DNA from: Sedimentisphaerales bacterium
Lineage (GTDB): Bacteria; Planctomycetota; Phycisphaerae; Sedimentisphaerales; SM23-30
Direction of reading: 5' to 3'
Assembly (NCBI GenBank): GCA_963663965.2
Contig: CAXXFK010000042.1
Coordinates: 96,001 to 160,000, forward strand
Length of the DNA: 64,000 bases
A program made the translations under genes and the position numbers. This document shows, one piece after another, positions 51,794 through 61,613 of the stretch. Numbering within the stretch: the first letter of the stretch is position 1; every line of letters begins with the position of its first letter. The notes under the pieces are model-generated. The model was not told the origin of the DNA and ran no database searches. It saw only the letters and a program-made list of their open reading frames with translations.

Positions 51794-51999
51794 GACAAGG
51801 CAGCTCCTGACTTCATCCCATGGACCAGGGACGTTCACCAAAGGCCCATAACAGCTATATGTGAGGGAAAGCCTCTGGCTTGCTATGGCCCAAACATATA
51901 GCTGTTATGGGCCATACAGAAAAACGGCTCTGGGTACGCAATGCTACCCGGATTCACCCGCGGCGGATCGCCGCAGAAAAGTCTCAGGAGCTGCCTGTC
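51794..51999 (-). ncRNA. Retron msr-msd non-coding RNA
   Basis: a1/a2 inverted repeat AGGCAGCTCCTGA (51798-810) / TCAGGAGCTGCCT (51984-996); perfect 20-bp msd stem 51843-62 / 51894-913; two msr hairpins 51960-74 and 51932-49; directly upstream of the RT start. Confidence 0.88.
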
Positions 52000-53691
52000 C
52001 TGTTGTCAAATGGTTATACCACTGTTCCAGAGTGGTATCCGGTTTATGGTCTCCGGTCCACAACGCCAGGCGTATGGCCTGCATATGCCGGCAGGGACCG
52101 TTTTTTAAGCGATACTGGCGGAAATAACCGCAGCAACAATTACCCCGGCGAATCGCACCGTCGGCATCCATCAAAATATCACAGGATATCTTATCCACCT
52201 CGGCACGGTATAATGTCAGACCGGGTTTAATTTCTTCCTGTTGCCGGTTTTTGATTTTCTGTTCGGCTGCCAGCTGTCTGGCCGCGTTATATTCATCATG
52301 GGCCGGGCCGGTTTGCAGGCAGGCCACCGCGTGTGGCATAATCTGACGCCAGCGGTAAACCTGGTTGGGTAAATCGAAGATAATCTGGCCGGTATGGGCC
52401 AGGTGGCGTAATGACGCCGCAAGTTCAGCCGGCCGGGATGAACCGGTCAGTTCTATCTGCTTGAAAGTTGCGGCCTTGTTGCGCTGAAGGTAATTGCCTG
52501 CCTGGTTTATCCTGTCCTGAGCCGGTTCAACCGGTGGGGCTATCATATCCAGCGCGCATACTCTTGTCCAGTCGTTTGTCGTCCAGCCTGACAGTCCCAG
52601 GGTCAGGTGCATCTCACCCATATTCACTACCCAGAAACTGGGCAAACCTGTGCCCAGCAGATAGACATCCACCGATTCCGCCAATGGCAGGGCACGGGCC
52701 AGGGTCATCAGCCGCCGGCGTCCCCATATCCGGATTGGTTCGCAATCCGGCCCATGGTAACAGGCGCCATAGGAAATAATCGGTTTTTCCCAGGGTTCCA
52801 GAATCATTACCGGCGGCTTATCCGCCAATAATTCAAATCGAATGGCGCGGGGGCCGGTCTTTTCCCGGTTCCGTTTCAGAAATGCCAGCAGGGAATAAAC
52901 CGCTTCCGTAGAAAGGGTAACTCGCCGCATCGGCATGCTCATCACACTTTGAATCTGTAGAAAGCCTTGCAGCCAGCTGTCGGGCAGATCGATTTTTTCT
53001 TCCCGATACCCCGGTTCATCCGCCACGGAAACCTCAAAGCCGCCCGGATCGATTTCGAACCGGGTTTCGCGATAACTGCGCAAGCCCTGAAAATGATGAT
53101 AGAGATCCCAGGAATAATCGACATTGGTGGTTCCATACTGACTGGCGGTATCTGATCCAAAACCATCCGTACGATTCACACTCAGGCAACCGTAGCTCGA
53201 CTCATCCGCGGAAAAGCATTCAAAGAATATGACATCATCCGCCACGGTGATGACCGGATCCATCAGCAACAGGTATTGCCGGAACAGCTTGGGATTGGTC
53301 AGCATGATATGGCGCCGATATTTGCGATGGGCGCCCCAGTATCGTTTCACCGCCTGTTGATGGCTCCATTCGAAATCCTCCGGCAACGGCGAGGCCTCAA
53401 TCGCTTTTTTCATTTCCTGCCGGTATGCCTCTCGATAGAACACCGATTCCATCGTTCGCTGGTTCTTTTTCCATTCTTCGTAACTGCTTTTATCGCGTTT
53501 CTGATAACGCAGATCGCTGATAACGATATCATGCAGGGTGGAAATGGCTTCGCGGAAACGCAGGGGGTGTAAAAAAGCGGCGCGTTAAAAGCGACCGCGT
53601 CACGTTTTAAATTGGGCTGCAAGGTGACCTGCTGATGCCCGTCGGCCGCGATGATGCGGCTGCGATTGCGATAGGCAACGGCTAATTCCAT
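51944..53691 (-). pseudogene. SWIM zinc-finger retron accessory protein, frameshifted at the T6 run 53571-53576
   Basis: ORF 53691 (MELAVAY...PNLKRD) continues in another frame as HPLRFREAISTLHDIVISDLRY into ORF 51944..53452; DPVITV..FFECFS; C-terminal CxC...CRH. Confidence 0.8.
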
Positions 53692-55409
53692 GCATCCACC
53701 TCCGCCCGCGTTAATTGCAGTTCCGGCAGATGTGCCTGCACCGGTTCCAGCAGGTCCGGCCGCCGGTCAATCACACTGACCACCGCAGCCAGTCCATCAC
53801 CGGCTTCGGTTGTTCGTACCGATCGGATTGCCACACCGAGAATGGGCAGCAGCATTTCAGCTTTGTCCGGATGTTCAATCAAGGCTCGGCTTACCTGCCG
53901 CAATGCCTTGAGTTTCTGGCGTGAACCTCGCTGGATATTGAGTAATACCGAACGCCAGATCAGGCTCAGGTTATCACTACCGGCGCCCGGGATAGACTGA
54001 CGTTCCAGCCAGTTAATCAGATTCAATTTCAGGTCATCATAGGGTGTTTCCAGCAGGCGAATCCAAAGTTGACTGTCGTTCTGAACATTCGCGGGGGCGT
54101 CCGTCAGCCATTGCCAGGCAGAATGACGGCAGTTTGCCTGTAGACTGTCAAAGAATCGTATGACGGAATCGTTCTGGTAATTGTCTTCCTGACCCAGATG
54201 TCCCAGGGCAAAACCGGCTAGTTCACCGGCCAGCGCTTCGCATTGTGCTTCTGCCAGTTGCGACAGTCTGGGAATATCTTCTCTGACCAGAGTTCGTAGT
54301 TTCAGAAATTCAAATCCAAGCTGTGCGACCGGTGCTTGACGAGCGATGCTCAATTCCAGGCAGTCGCCCAGATTCAACCGGTCGGGCCGCACGACTTCGC
54401 GCATTTTATCGCAGATCCGGGCCTGGACATCGGGATTATCCGTGGCGAGCAGTTTAAACCAGGTTGATAACGGCAGCGAATGCAACTGCTTGAGAGAATG
54501 AAATAAATCCGCCCCAAAGTTCTGGAGGTCGGGATGAGGATTTTCCAGTAATTGGATAATAAATTCGACCGAAAGCTCCTGCAGGGCCGGGCCATGCTTC
54601 TGTTCCAGCATCTGCCGGGCCCATCTCCGCACCAGCGCCGACCGGGCTGACAGTAATAGTGTGGTTAATCGATCGTAAGCCTGCGGTGTTTCCCATAATT
54701 CCGGTCGATAGGGGGCCACCTCCAACTGCTCCAGGGCCTGTCCTTCCCGAATTGCTGCTTTAGCGGCGGTAAATTCAAACGCCGAATGATGATAGTAGCA
54801 GGCGTGTATGAATCCCCAGTTGTCCAGGATATGTTCCACTTTGCTGAAATCCGAATCCTGATAACGAGCCAGCCAGTCGCCAGCTAATGCCAGATATCGT
54901 TGTGGTTCGCTCCAGGCGAGTTTTCGAATATAGCGCCAGGCTCGCCGTCTTAAATAGTAGCGGGTATGGCTGGAGAATAACACGCCATTGCCACCCATCT
55001 CGTAACCGTTGGGTATCAGGCTGTTATGCGGCAATACCAGTGTTTCGCCTTCAAAAACCGTTTGGGATTCCCAGTCCCACTGTCGAAACTTTTTTCGTTC
55101 GCGGCGAATCGTCCGGTCAAATGCCAGCATGAAAAGTCCCATCAATTCATCATCCTGCCTGGCTTCAGCGTGTTTGAATAGATTTTTGACCAGGGGGTGA
55201 TGGCCCATGACAGTGAAAGGCATGCCCAGATATTGAATCAGTTGTTCGCGAGCCCAGGGGCGGGGATCCTGTTTCCAGCGTTCAGAAAAGGCTTTCAAAA
55301 ACTTCGAGCTTTTTACACTCCTTAAGACAGATAGAAAATACTGATTTTGCGTATTGAAATATTCTTCCAGTACAATCGTAGAATTCTTATGTCCGTTTTT
55401 TTTGACCAT
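53682..55409 (-). CDS. ARM/HEAT-like helical repeat protein, retron accessory
   Basis: Leu-rich helical repeats; LFSSHTRYYLRRRAWRY; overlaps the SWIM gene start. Confidence 0.7.
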   Translation of the reverse strand: MVKKNGHKNSTIVLEEYFNTQNQYFLSVLRSVKSSKFLKAFSERWKQDPRPWAREQLIQYLGMPFTVMGHHPLVKNLFKHAEARQDDELMGLFMLAFDRTIRRERKKFRQWDWESQTVFEGETLVLPHNSLIPNGYEMGGNGVLFSSHTRYYLRRRAWRYIRKLAWSEPQRYLALAGDWLARYQDSDFSKVEHILDNWGFIHACYYHHSAFEFTAAKAAIREGQALEQLEVAPYRPELWETPQAYDRLTTLLLSARSALVRRWARQMLEQKHGPALQELSVEFIIQLLENPHPDLQNFGADLFHSLKQLHSLPLSTWFKLLATDNPDVQARICDKMREVVRPDRLNLGDCLELSIARQAPVAQLGFEFLKLRTLVREDIPRLSQLAEAQCEALAGELAGFALGHLGQEDNYQNDSVIRFFDSLQANCRHSAWQWLTDAPANVQNDSQLWIRLLETPYDDLKLNLINWLERQSIPGAGSDNLSLIWRSVLLNIQRGSRQKLKALRQVSRALIEHPDKAEMLLPILGVAIRSVRTTEAGDGLAAVVSVIDRRPDLLEPVQAHLPELQLTRAEVDAWN

Positions 55410-55684
55410 AATGACCTTGTCGGCCCAAACTCGCCATTTTTTCTATTCAATTCCCATACTCCTATATGGGAATATTTACACCGATATAATCCTAAATAAT
55501 CCTGATCCGATGTCAATGGATTATTATAAAATATTTTTGAGAAATGGAATGATGTCCCAACCAGAAATTGTGCGACTGGTTTCTGTTAAGCGTTCAATAC
55601 TGAAAAGAAAACTCAAAACGGTCTTCCAGCCAGTTTTATATAGATAATAGCTTAAAATTTAGATTTATAAGAGTTCTTCAATCC

Positions 55685-56872
55685 TTATGCTTCTATCTGG
55701 CCGGAAAGCGTCGTGGGCGGTTGTTTGCTGACCATCATATGATAAAACGCATCAAAGAGGTAGTTTGCGTCATGCGGTCCGGGTGAGGCCTCCGGGTGAT
55801 ATTGAACGGCAAAAATAGGTAATTTGCGATGCGCGAACCCTTCCAGGGTGTTGTCGTTCAGATTGATATGGGTCACGCGGATATCGTCCTGGCTCAGGGT
55901 ATTCAGATCGATCGCGAAACCGTGGTTCTGGGCCGTGATTTCGACCTGTCCGGTATCGAGATTTTTGACCGGTTGGTTGCCGCCCCGGTGACCGAATTTT
56001 AATTTGTAGGTTTTACCACCCAGCGCCTGGCCCAGCAGTTGTAATCCCAGGCAGATGCCAAACATGGGGATCTTTTTCTCAATCAGTTTCTTGAGGGTTT
56101 CAATCGTGTAGCTGACCGGTTCCGGATCGCCCGGGCCGTTACTAACGAAAATTCCATCCGGATTCATCTCCAGGATGGTTTCCAGTTGTACGGTTGCCGG
56201 TACTACCGTAACATCGCAACCGGCTTCGGTCAGGTTTCGCATGATATTGTCTTTGATACCGCAATCGATCGCGACGACCTGCATTCGTTTGCGTTCATGA
56301 CCAGGCGTTGCCAGAGCTTTCAGCGGTCCGGCGAATTGGGATTCATAGCCTTTATTCCACCCGCAGGTATGTGGCCGGGTCACATGCTGCACCAGGTCCT
56401 GGCCCTTCATTTCCGGGGACTGGCGCGCCATCTTCACCAATTCGGCATCATCGTCGATTTCAGTACTGATTACGCCGCGCATCGCGCCATCGATACGCAA
56501 TTTTCGGGTTAAAGCACGGGTGTCGATCTCGCAGATTCCGATGATTCCATTTTTTTTCAGATACTCCTGCAGAGAAACATCCGCCCGGAAATTGCTATGG
56601 AGGCGCGCCGGTTCCCGGACTACAAAGCCGGCGACATGAACCTGTTCACTTTCAACATCTTCCGGACTGATACCATAATTGCCAATCTGTGGGTAGGTCA
56701 TCGTCACAATCTGTCCACGATAACTCGGATCGGTCAGGATCTCCTGGTATCCCATCATCGAGGTATTGAATACCACTTCGGCTTCACGAGTGCCGGTTGC
56801 GCCAAAATGCCGGCCGGTAAAGACGGTGCCATCTTCTAATGCGAGTTTTACCTGGTTCGTTGCGTTTGCCAA
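55685..56872 (-). CDS. carA: Carbamoyl-phosphate synthase small subunit
   Basis: LALEDG, VFNTSMMGYQEILTDPSY, SNGPGDP, GICLG, AQNHGF, QYHPEASPGP. Confidence 0.97.
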   Translation of the reverse strand: MANATNQVKLALEDGTVFTGRHFGATGTREAEVVFNTSMMGYQEILTDPSYRGQIVTMTYPQIGNYGISPEDVESEQVHVAGFVVREPARLHSNFRADVSLQEYLKKNGIIGICEIDTRALTRKLRIDGAMRGVISTEIDDDAELVKMARQSPEMKGQDLVQHVTRPHTCGWNKGYESQFAGPLKALATPGHERKRMQVVAIDCGIKDNIMRNLTEAGCDVTVVPATVQLETILEMNPDGIFVSNGPGDPEPVSYTIETLKKLIEKKIPMFGICLGLQLLGQALGGKTYKLKFGHRGGNQPVKNLDTGQVEITAQNHGFAIDLNTLSQDDIRVTHINLNDNTLEGFAHRKLPIFAVQYHPEASPGPHDANYLFDAFYHMMVSKQPPTTLSGQIEA

Positions 56873-57055
56873 TATGGGCTCCTGTATTGTATGATTATAG
56901 TAACAGTCTGATTTTCAGAGCTCTGGCGTCAGCAGCAAACTCTGACTGGATACCGTTTATAACGTCTGGGTAATCCAGGCAAGTAGCCAGACCACTGATA
57001 CTAAAATGTTACGATTTTGTGTAAATAGTTATCGGGGTTTCAGACGATAATAAAA

Positions 57056-57177
57056 CAGCCCGGATAACTTAACGGGCTGATTATTAGTGTGATAAAAGGC
57101 TGTGGGTCACCCGACTTGTGTCGGGAACAGCCTGGCTTGGAGGATCTGGGTTTCGGCGAGCTCAGATCCTCTTTTTT
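57056..57177 (+). ncRNA. Candidate structured RNA: three hairpins ending in a terminator
   Basis: Stems 57056-79, 57097-133 and 57140-171 followed by T6; no credible ORF. Confidence 0.35.
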
Positions 57178-57673
57178 CAAATCCATATCTTACCGGGAAA
57201 ATTATTTAAATCAATCCAGATTTCTCTCAACCCCCCTGAGGTTCGGGCCGATACCTATTCCATAAGAGAAATGTGTATGTGTTCGAAGCAAAGAACAACG
57301 GTGTTTACAAAAAACAACACTGAGGGATTATTTTTGTAAGACTTTGTTTTTTGGTTAGTTATGAAAAAGCCCGGCATGAATGCACCTGTTTGTGCGTTTG
57401 AGAAAAAAAACACTGTTCAAATCTCTTGAGCAAAAAAAAAATTGTCGGTTTTTTCCTGATTTTGTCTAAGTCTTTTACTTGATGATGTTAATGAAAATTT
57501 ATCTTTCTCAAGCCAGATTGACTTTTTTGCTGGTATATGATTTGCTTGGAATGTATAATCAAATTAGACCCAATCCGGGATATATCCAGCAAAACAGGAG
57601 ATTACCCTGGTAAATGAGGAGTCTTGAGAATTTTTTAAATTAATAAAAGCCTATTTGCTCTCTCTCTCTTTCT

Positions 57674-57715
57674 TCCAGGCTTGAATAGCAAAATGTTCAA
57701 GTCTGGATTTTTTTT
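57674..57715 (+). terminator. Terminator-like hairpin upstream of the Gfo/Idh/MocA gene
   Basis: TCCAGGCTTGAA...TTCAAGTCTGGA followed by T8. Confidence 0.6.
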
Positions 57716-57850
57716 ATCTTTATTGGAATCGGGATAAATTTTTGCAATTCGTTATATAATAAAACCGTTGATAAATTAATCAATAATTGAGATAATTGTC
57801 CCAAGGTTAAGTTTTTAAAAGAGTTCTCTGGCTATCTGGGAGACACCACG

Positions 57851-59314
57851 ATGAAAATCAACCGCCGCCGTTTTATTCAAGCATCAGTTTCTTCACTGGC
57901 TTTGGCATCAACCTCCACCTGGGCCAATCCAATTGGGGCTAATAACGATATCCGTGTTGGTGTTGTCGGTGTTCGCAGTAAAGGCGCCCACCATATCGAA
58001 GTGATTCGCAAAGTTCCCGGTGTCCGGATAGTAGCGCTTTGTGATGTTGACAGTGATATTCTGGCAAGAGAGGCCAAAAAACTTACTGATGATCAGATTA
58101 AAGTCAAGACCTATACTGATATGCGTAAGATGCTGGAAGACAAGGACATAAGCATAGATGCCGTTTCGATTGCCACTCCCAATCACTGGCATTCTTTGCA
58201 GGCGATCTGGGCTTGTCAGGCTGAAAAAGATGTTTATGTGGAAAAACCGGTCTCGCATAATGTCTGGGAAGGCCGTCAGCTGGTCAAGGCCGCCCGGAAA
58301 TATAATCGAATTGTTCAGGCGGGCACCCAGAATCGTTCCGATACCGGTTTGCGAGAGGTATTCCCCTACATTCAGGAAGGTGGCTTGGGTAAAATTCAGT
58401 ACGTACGGGCCTTGTGTTATCGCAGCCGTGACAGTATCGGAAAGGTGGCGGGCCCTCAACCAATTCCATCTAATATTGATTATGATCTGTGGACCGGTCC
58501 GGCTCCACTTGGCCCGTTACGCCGTAAAAGCCTGCATTATGACTGGCACTGGGTCTGGCCCACCGGCAATGGCGATATCGGCAACCAGGGCATCCACGAG
58601 ATGGATCTGGCCCGTTGGGTGCTGCAGGAGCAGGGTTTGCCTAAGCAGGTGGTCAGTTTTGGCGGACGCTATGTCTGGGATGATGATGGCACGACGCCGA
58701 ATATGCAGTATTGTGTGATGGACTATGAAAGCGCGCCGGTGATCTTTGAGGTGATCAATCTTCGAGTCAGCAGCACCCAGAACTGGATGCCCATGATTCG
58801 CGGTGTGGGGGTCGCGGTGATTGTACAATGTGAAAACGGTTATTTCGCCGGTGGCCGCAACGGCGGATGGACCTATGATAACGATGGAAAAAAAATAAAA
58901 AAATACGCCGGTGACGGTGGGGGAGCGCACCATCAAAACTTCTTCGATGCCATGCGGTCACGTAAAGTATCCGATTTGCGTGCCGACATCGAACAGGGGC
59001 ATCTTTCCAGCGCCATGTGCCATTTGTGCAATATCTCTCAACAGCTGAGCAGCCGCACCAATCCGGATCAAATCAGAGAGGTACTGGGTGATCGTCTGAG
59101 TTGCAGTGAAGATCTGGACCGGTTTGTCAAACAGCTGGAAGCCAATCAGGTTGACCTGAAAGCCCATCCTTTGTCTTTAGGGCCGGTTTTGAAGGTCGAT
59201 TCGGCTAAAGAAGTTGTTATCCAGCAGGGTGGACCATACGATATCACCCGCTGGGCTAATGACCTGATGCGTGGCAGCTATCGCGCCCCGTTTGTGGTGC
59301 CGGAAAATATCTGA
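57851..59314 (+). CDS. Tat-exported Gfo/Idh/MocA oxidoreductase
   Basis: NRRRFI Tat motif; VGVVGV..G, ATPNHWH, VYVEKP, GTQNRS, QGIHEMD. Confidence 0.93.
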   Translation: MKINRRRFIQASVSSLALASTSTWANPIGANNDIRVGVVGVRSKGAHHIEVIRKVPGVRIVALCDVDSDILAREAKKLTDDQIKVKTYTDMRKMLEDKDISIDAVSIATPNHWHSLQAIWACQAEKDVYVEKPVSHNVWEGRQLVKAARKYNRIVQAGTQNRSDTGLREVFPYIQEGGLGKIQYVRALCYRSRDSIGKVAGPQPIPSNIDYDLWTGPAPLGPLRRKSLHYDWHWVWPTGNGDIGNQGIHEMDLARWVLQEQGLPKQVVSFGGRYVWDDDGTTPNMQYCVMDYESAPVIFEVINLRVSSTQNWMPMIRGVGVAVIVQCENGYFAGGRNGGWTYDNDGKKIKKYAGDGGGAHHQNFFDAMRSRKVSDLRADIEQGHLSSAMCHLCNISQQLSSRTNPDQIREVLGDRLSCSEDLDRFVKQLEANQVDLKAHPLSLGPVLKVDSAKEVVIQQGGPYDITRWANDLMRGSYRAPFVVPENI

Positions 59315-59369
59315 TAAGCCTGGATGAAAGTATCAAGAGCATTAATCTGATTCAGGACCAATGAGCGTA

Positions 59370-60830
59370 TCAGGTATCTTGTTTATTGAAAATCAATTTC
59401 ATCGTGAATACCCCGTTGCTAATTGAAACTTCCGGTGAAATATGCAGGATATCGGCAATTTTATTTACGACCGTCAAACCAATGCCACTATGAATTCCTA
59501 TTGCGCTTCGGGCAGTGTCTCCGCGCCAGAAAGGCTCAAAAACGTGCCGGGCGGACTCATGGTCCAGGGAGCAACCCGTATTGGATAAAATCAGGGTAAC
59601 TGTTGAGTCGTCCTGGCTGGAGACCGCGTCGATTTTCCCTTTATCATCGCAATAATCCACTGCGTTATTTAACAGGTTGGCCAACATCATGGCCAGCAAA
59701 TCCGGATCGGTTTGGAACCTCAGATTAGCCTCAAGGTGATTTTCGAAGGTGAGTCCGCGGTCCCGTGCCCGGTCGGCAACCCAATTCCATTGTTTATCAA
59801 GAAAAGATTTGAATTCGATAACCTGATGCTGAAGGGTTAACGACGCCTGGTCCAGCCGGGCGATTGCCAGCAAGGCATCGACGATCTTGCGCAATCCACG
59901 GGTAATCTCAAGGCTTTCCTGCAGGGCGTGCCGGTATTCCTGAGCCGGTCGTTGTCGTGATAAAGCGACTTCTGTTACCGTTTGAAGTCCTGCCAGTGGC
60001 GTCCGAAGTTCATGGGCCACATCGGCGTTGAAACGTCTTTCACGCATGAATGATTCATTTAGCCGCTTCATCAGATCATTTAAACCGCGACAGACAGGAT
60101 GGAGTTCAACCGGATAATCTGCCGGATCGAAGGTCGAGTGTAAATCGTCAATATCCATTTTTGTAATGCGTGTAGCCAGATGCCGAACGGGTTTTAGACC
60201 TTTGCGAGTAGTGCTCCATATCAAAATTCCACCAGGAACTGATAACCCGATCATACAACCAGCCAGGAGCCATTTAAACGTATCCAGGAAACCATACAAC
60301 TCTTCGGCATTTCGCGCAACAATCAGAGTAATACCCTGAGAAAAGGCGCTGTTTTCCAGGACCGGTAATATTAATAAACCGATAGCGCGCCCCCGTTTTC
60401 CCGATGGCAAAATCATTTTACGATAAACAGGCGTCGAGGTTGCGGGCATGAAATCCAGATTGTTTACGCCCAGGGAAGGTGACCGCAATAAGGTTTGCCC
60501 CGTGGCATCGTAAACCTGATAATAGGAACCGCCTTCCAAACGATAAAATTCGGGAGTCATACGGACATCGAATTCGAGTTCAAGAGGCTGTGTCGTTTTG
60601 GGATTATCGAAAGGATCGCCGGATATATCCTTGCCGTTTAAAGTTTCATCCCAGCCTTCTTCCTCGGCAACTGCCGACAGGATTTCAGCCGTAGTCAGTA
60701 AAGCGTGATCGAAGTGCTGGATCAGGGTATTCTGGGTGAGGGCAAGAAGTATGCTGCCAAACAAGCCGACCAATAGGGTCAATACGGCCAGCATGCCTGC
60801 CAGTAACCTGAATTGAATAGATGTTTTCAT
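59370..60830 (-). CDS. Two-component sensor histidine kinase (HAMP-HisKA-HATPase; CusS/QseC-like)
   Basis: Two TM helices; DVAHELRTPL; NLLNNAVDY; GIGL. Confidence 0.93.
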   Translation of the reverse strand: MKTSIQFRLLAGMLAVLTLLVGLFGSILLALTQNTLIQHFDHALLTTAEILSAVAEEEGWDETLNGKDISGDPFDNPKTTQPLELEFDVRMTPEFYRLEGGSYYQVYDATGQTLLRSPSLGVNNLDFMPATSTPVYRKMILPSGKRGRAIGLLILPVLENSAFSQGITLIVARNAEELYGFLDTFKWLLAGCMIGLSVPGGILIWSTTRKGLKPVRHLATRITKMDIDDLHSTFDPADYPVELHPVCRGLNDLMKRLNESFMRERRFNADVAHELRTPLAGLQTVTEVALSRQRPAQEYRHALQESLEITRGLRKIVDALLAIARLDQASLTLQHQVIEFKSFLDKQWNWVADRARDRGLTFENHLEANLRFQTDPDLLAMMLANLLNNAVDYCDDKGKIDAVSSQDDSTVTLILSNTGCSLDHESARHVFEPFWRGDTARSAIGIHSGIGLTVVNKIADILHISPEVSISNGVFTMKLIFNKQDT

Positions 60831-61501
60831 ATTGCAGGCCCCAGCAAATAGCCCTGGCCCCGAATGGTATGGATAAGCTCTGGACTACCCGGTTGTTCCA
60901 GTTTTTTACGCAGGTAACCGATATAGACATCCACGACATTACTGGCCGCCGATGAATTGAATTCATAGACATGTTCCCAGATGTCGGATCGACTTACGGT
61001 TTCATTTTGGCGTAACGCCAGATATTCCAGCAGCGCAAATTCACGCGGGGTAAGACTGATCGGCTTACCATTGCGACTGGCCTGGCGGCGGGTCAGATCG
61101 ATACGCAGGTCTTCAACAGTAATGACTGGATTCTTTTTTTGATAACTTCGACGCAGTAGCGCGCGAATGCGGGCCATTAATTCTACGAATTCGAACGGTT
61201 TGACTAAATAGTCGTCCGCGCCCAGGTCCAATCCTTTAATCCGGTCATCCAACGTGTCCCGGGCTGTTAAGATCAGGACATGAGCCCGGCCATTCTGTTT
61301 CCGCAGAGATTGCAATATCGATAAGCCATCCATGCCCGGTAACATCAGGTCCAGGATAATCAAATCATAGTTGGTCCCGGTCGCGAACCACAAGCCTTCC
61401 CGGCCATCGCCGGTGGCGTCAACCGCATAACCCGCTTCACGTAGACCTTGAGTCAGCGAGCGACGTAACGGTTCATAATCTTCAATAACAAGCAAATGCA
61501 T
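60827..61501 (-). CDS. OmpR-family response regulator (start taken at MHLLVIED)
   Basis: LDLMLPGMDG, LTARD, GADDYLVKPF, NVVDVYIGYLRKK, TIRGQGY. Confidence 0.95.
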   Translation of the reverse strand: MHLLVIEDYEPLRRSLTQGLREAGYAVDATGDGREGLWFATGTNYDLIILDLMLPGMDGLSILQSLRKQNGRAHVLILTARDTLDDRIKGLDLGADDYLVKPFEFVELMARIRALLRRSYQKKNPVITVEDLRIDLTRRQASRNGKPISLTPREFALLEYLALRQNETVSRSDIWEHVYEFNSSAASNVVDVYIGYLRKKLEQPGSPELIHTIRGQGYLLGPAI

Positions 61502-61514
61502 GGTCAATCGATAA

Positions 61515-61553
61515 AACTCCACCAGACGATAACACTTACTGTCTGGTGGAGTT
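61515..61553 (-). terminator. Hairpin between the PepSY-like gene and the regulator
   Basis: AACTCCACCAGAC / GTCTGGTGGAGTT, 13-bp perfect stem; short T-run on the minus strand. Confidence 0.6.
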
Positions 61554-61613
61554 CATTGTAAAGAGGTCACAACGTTATTTCAAATGAAATTCCACGATTC
61601 GGATATCAATGGA

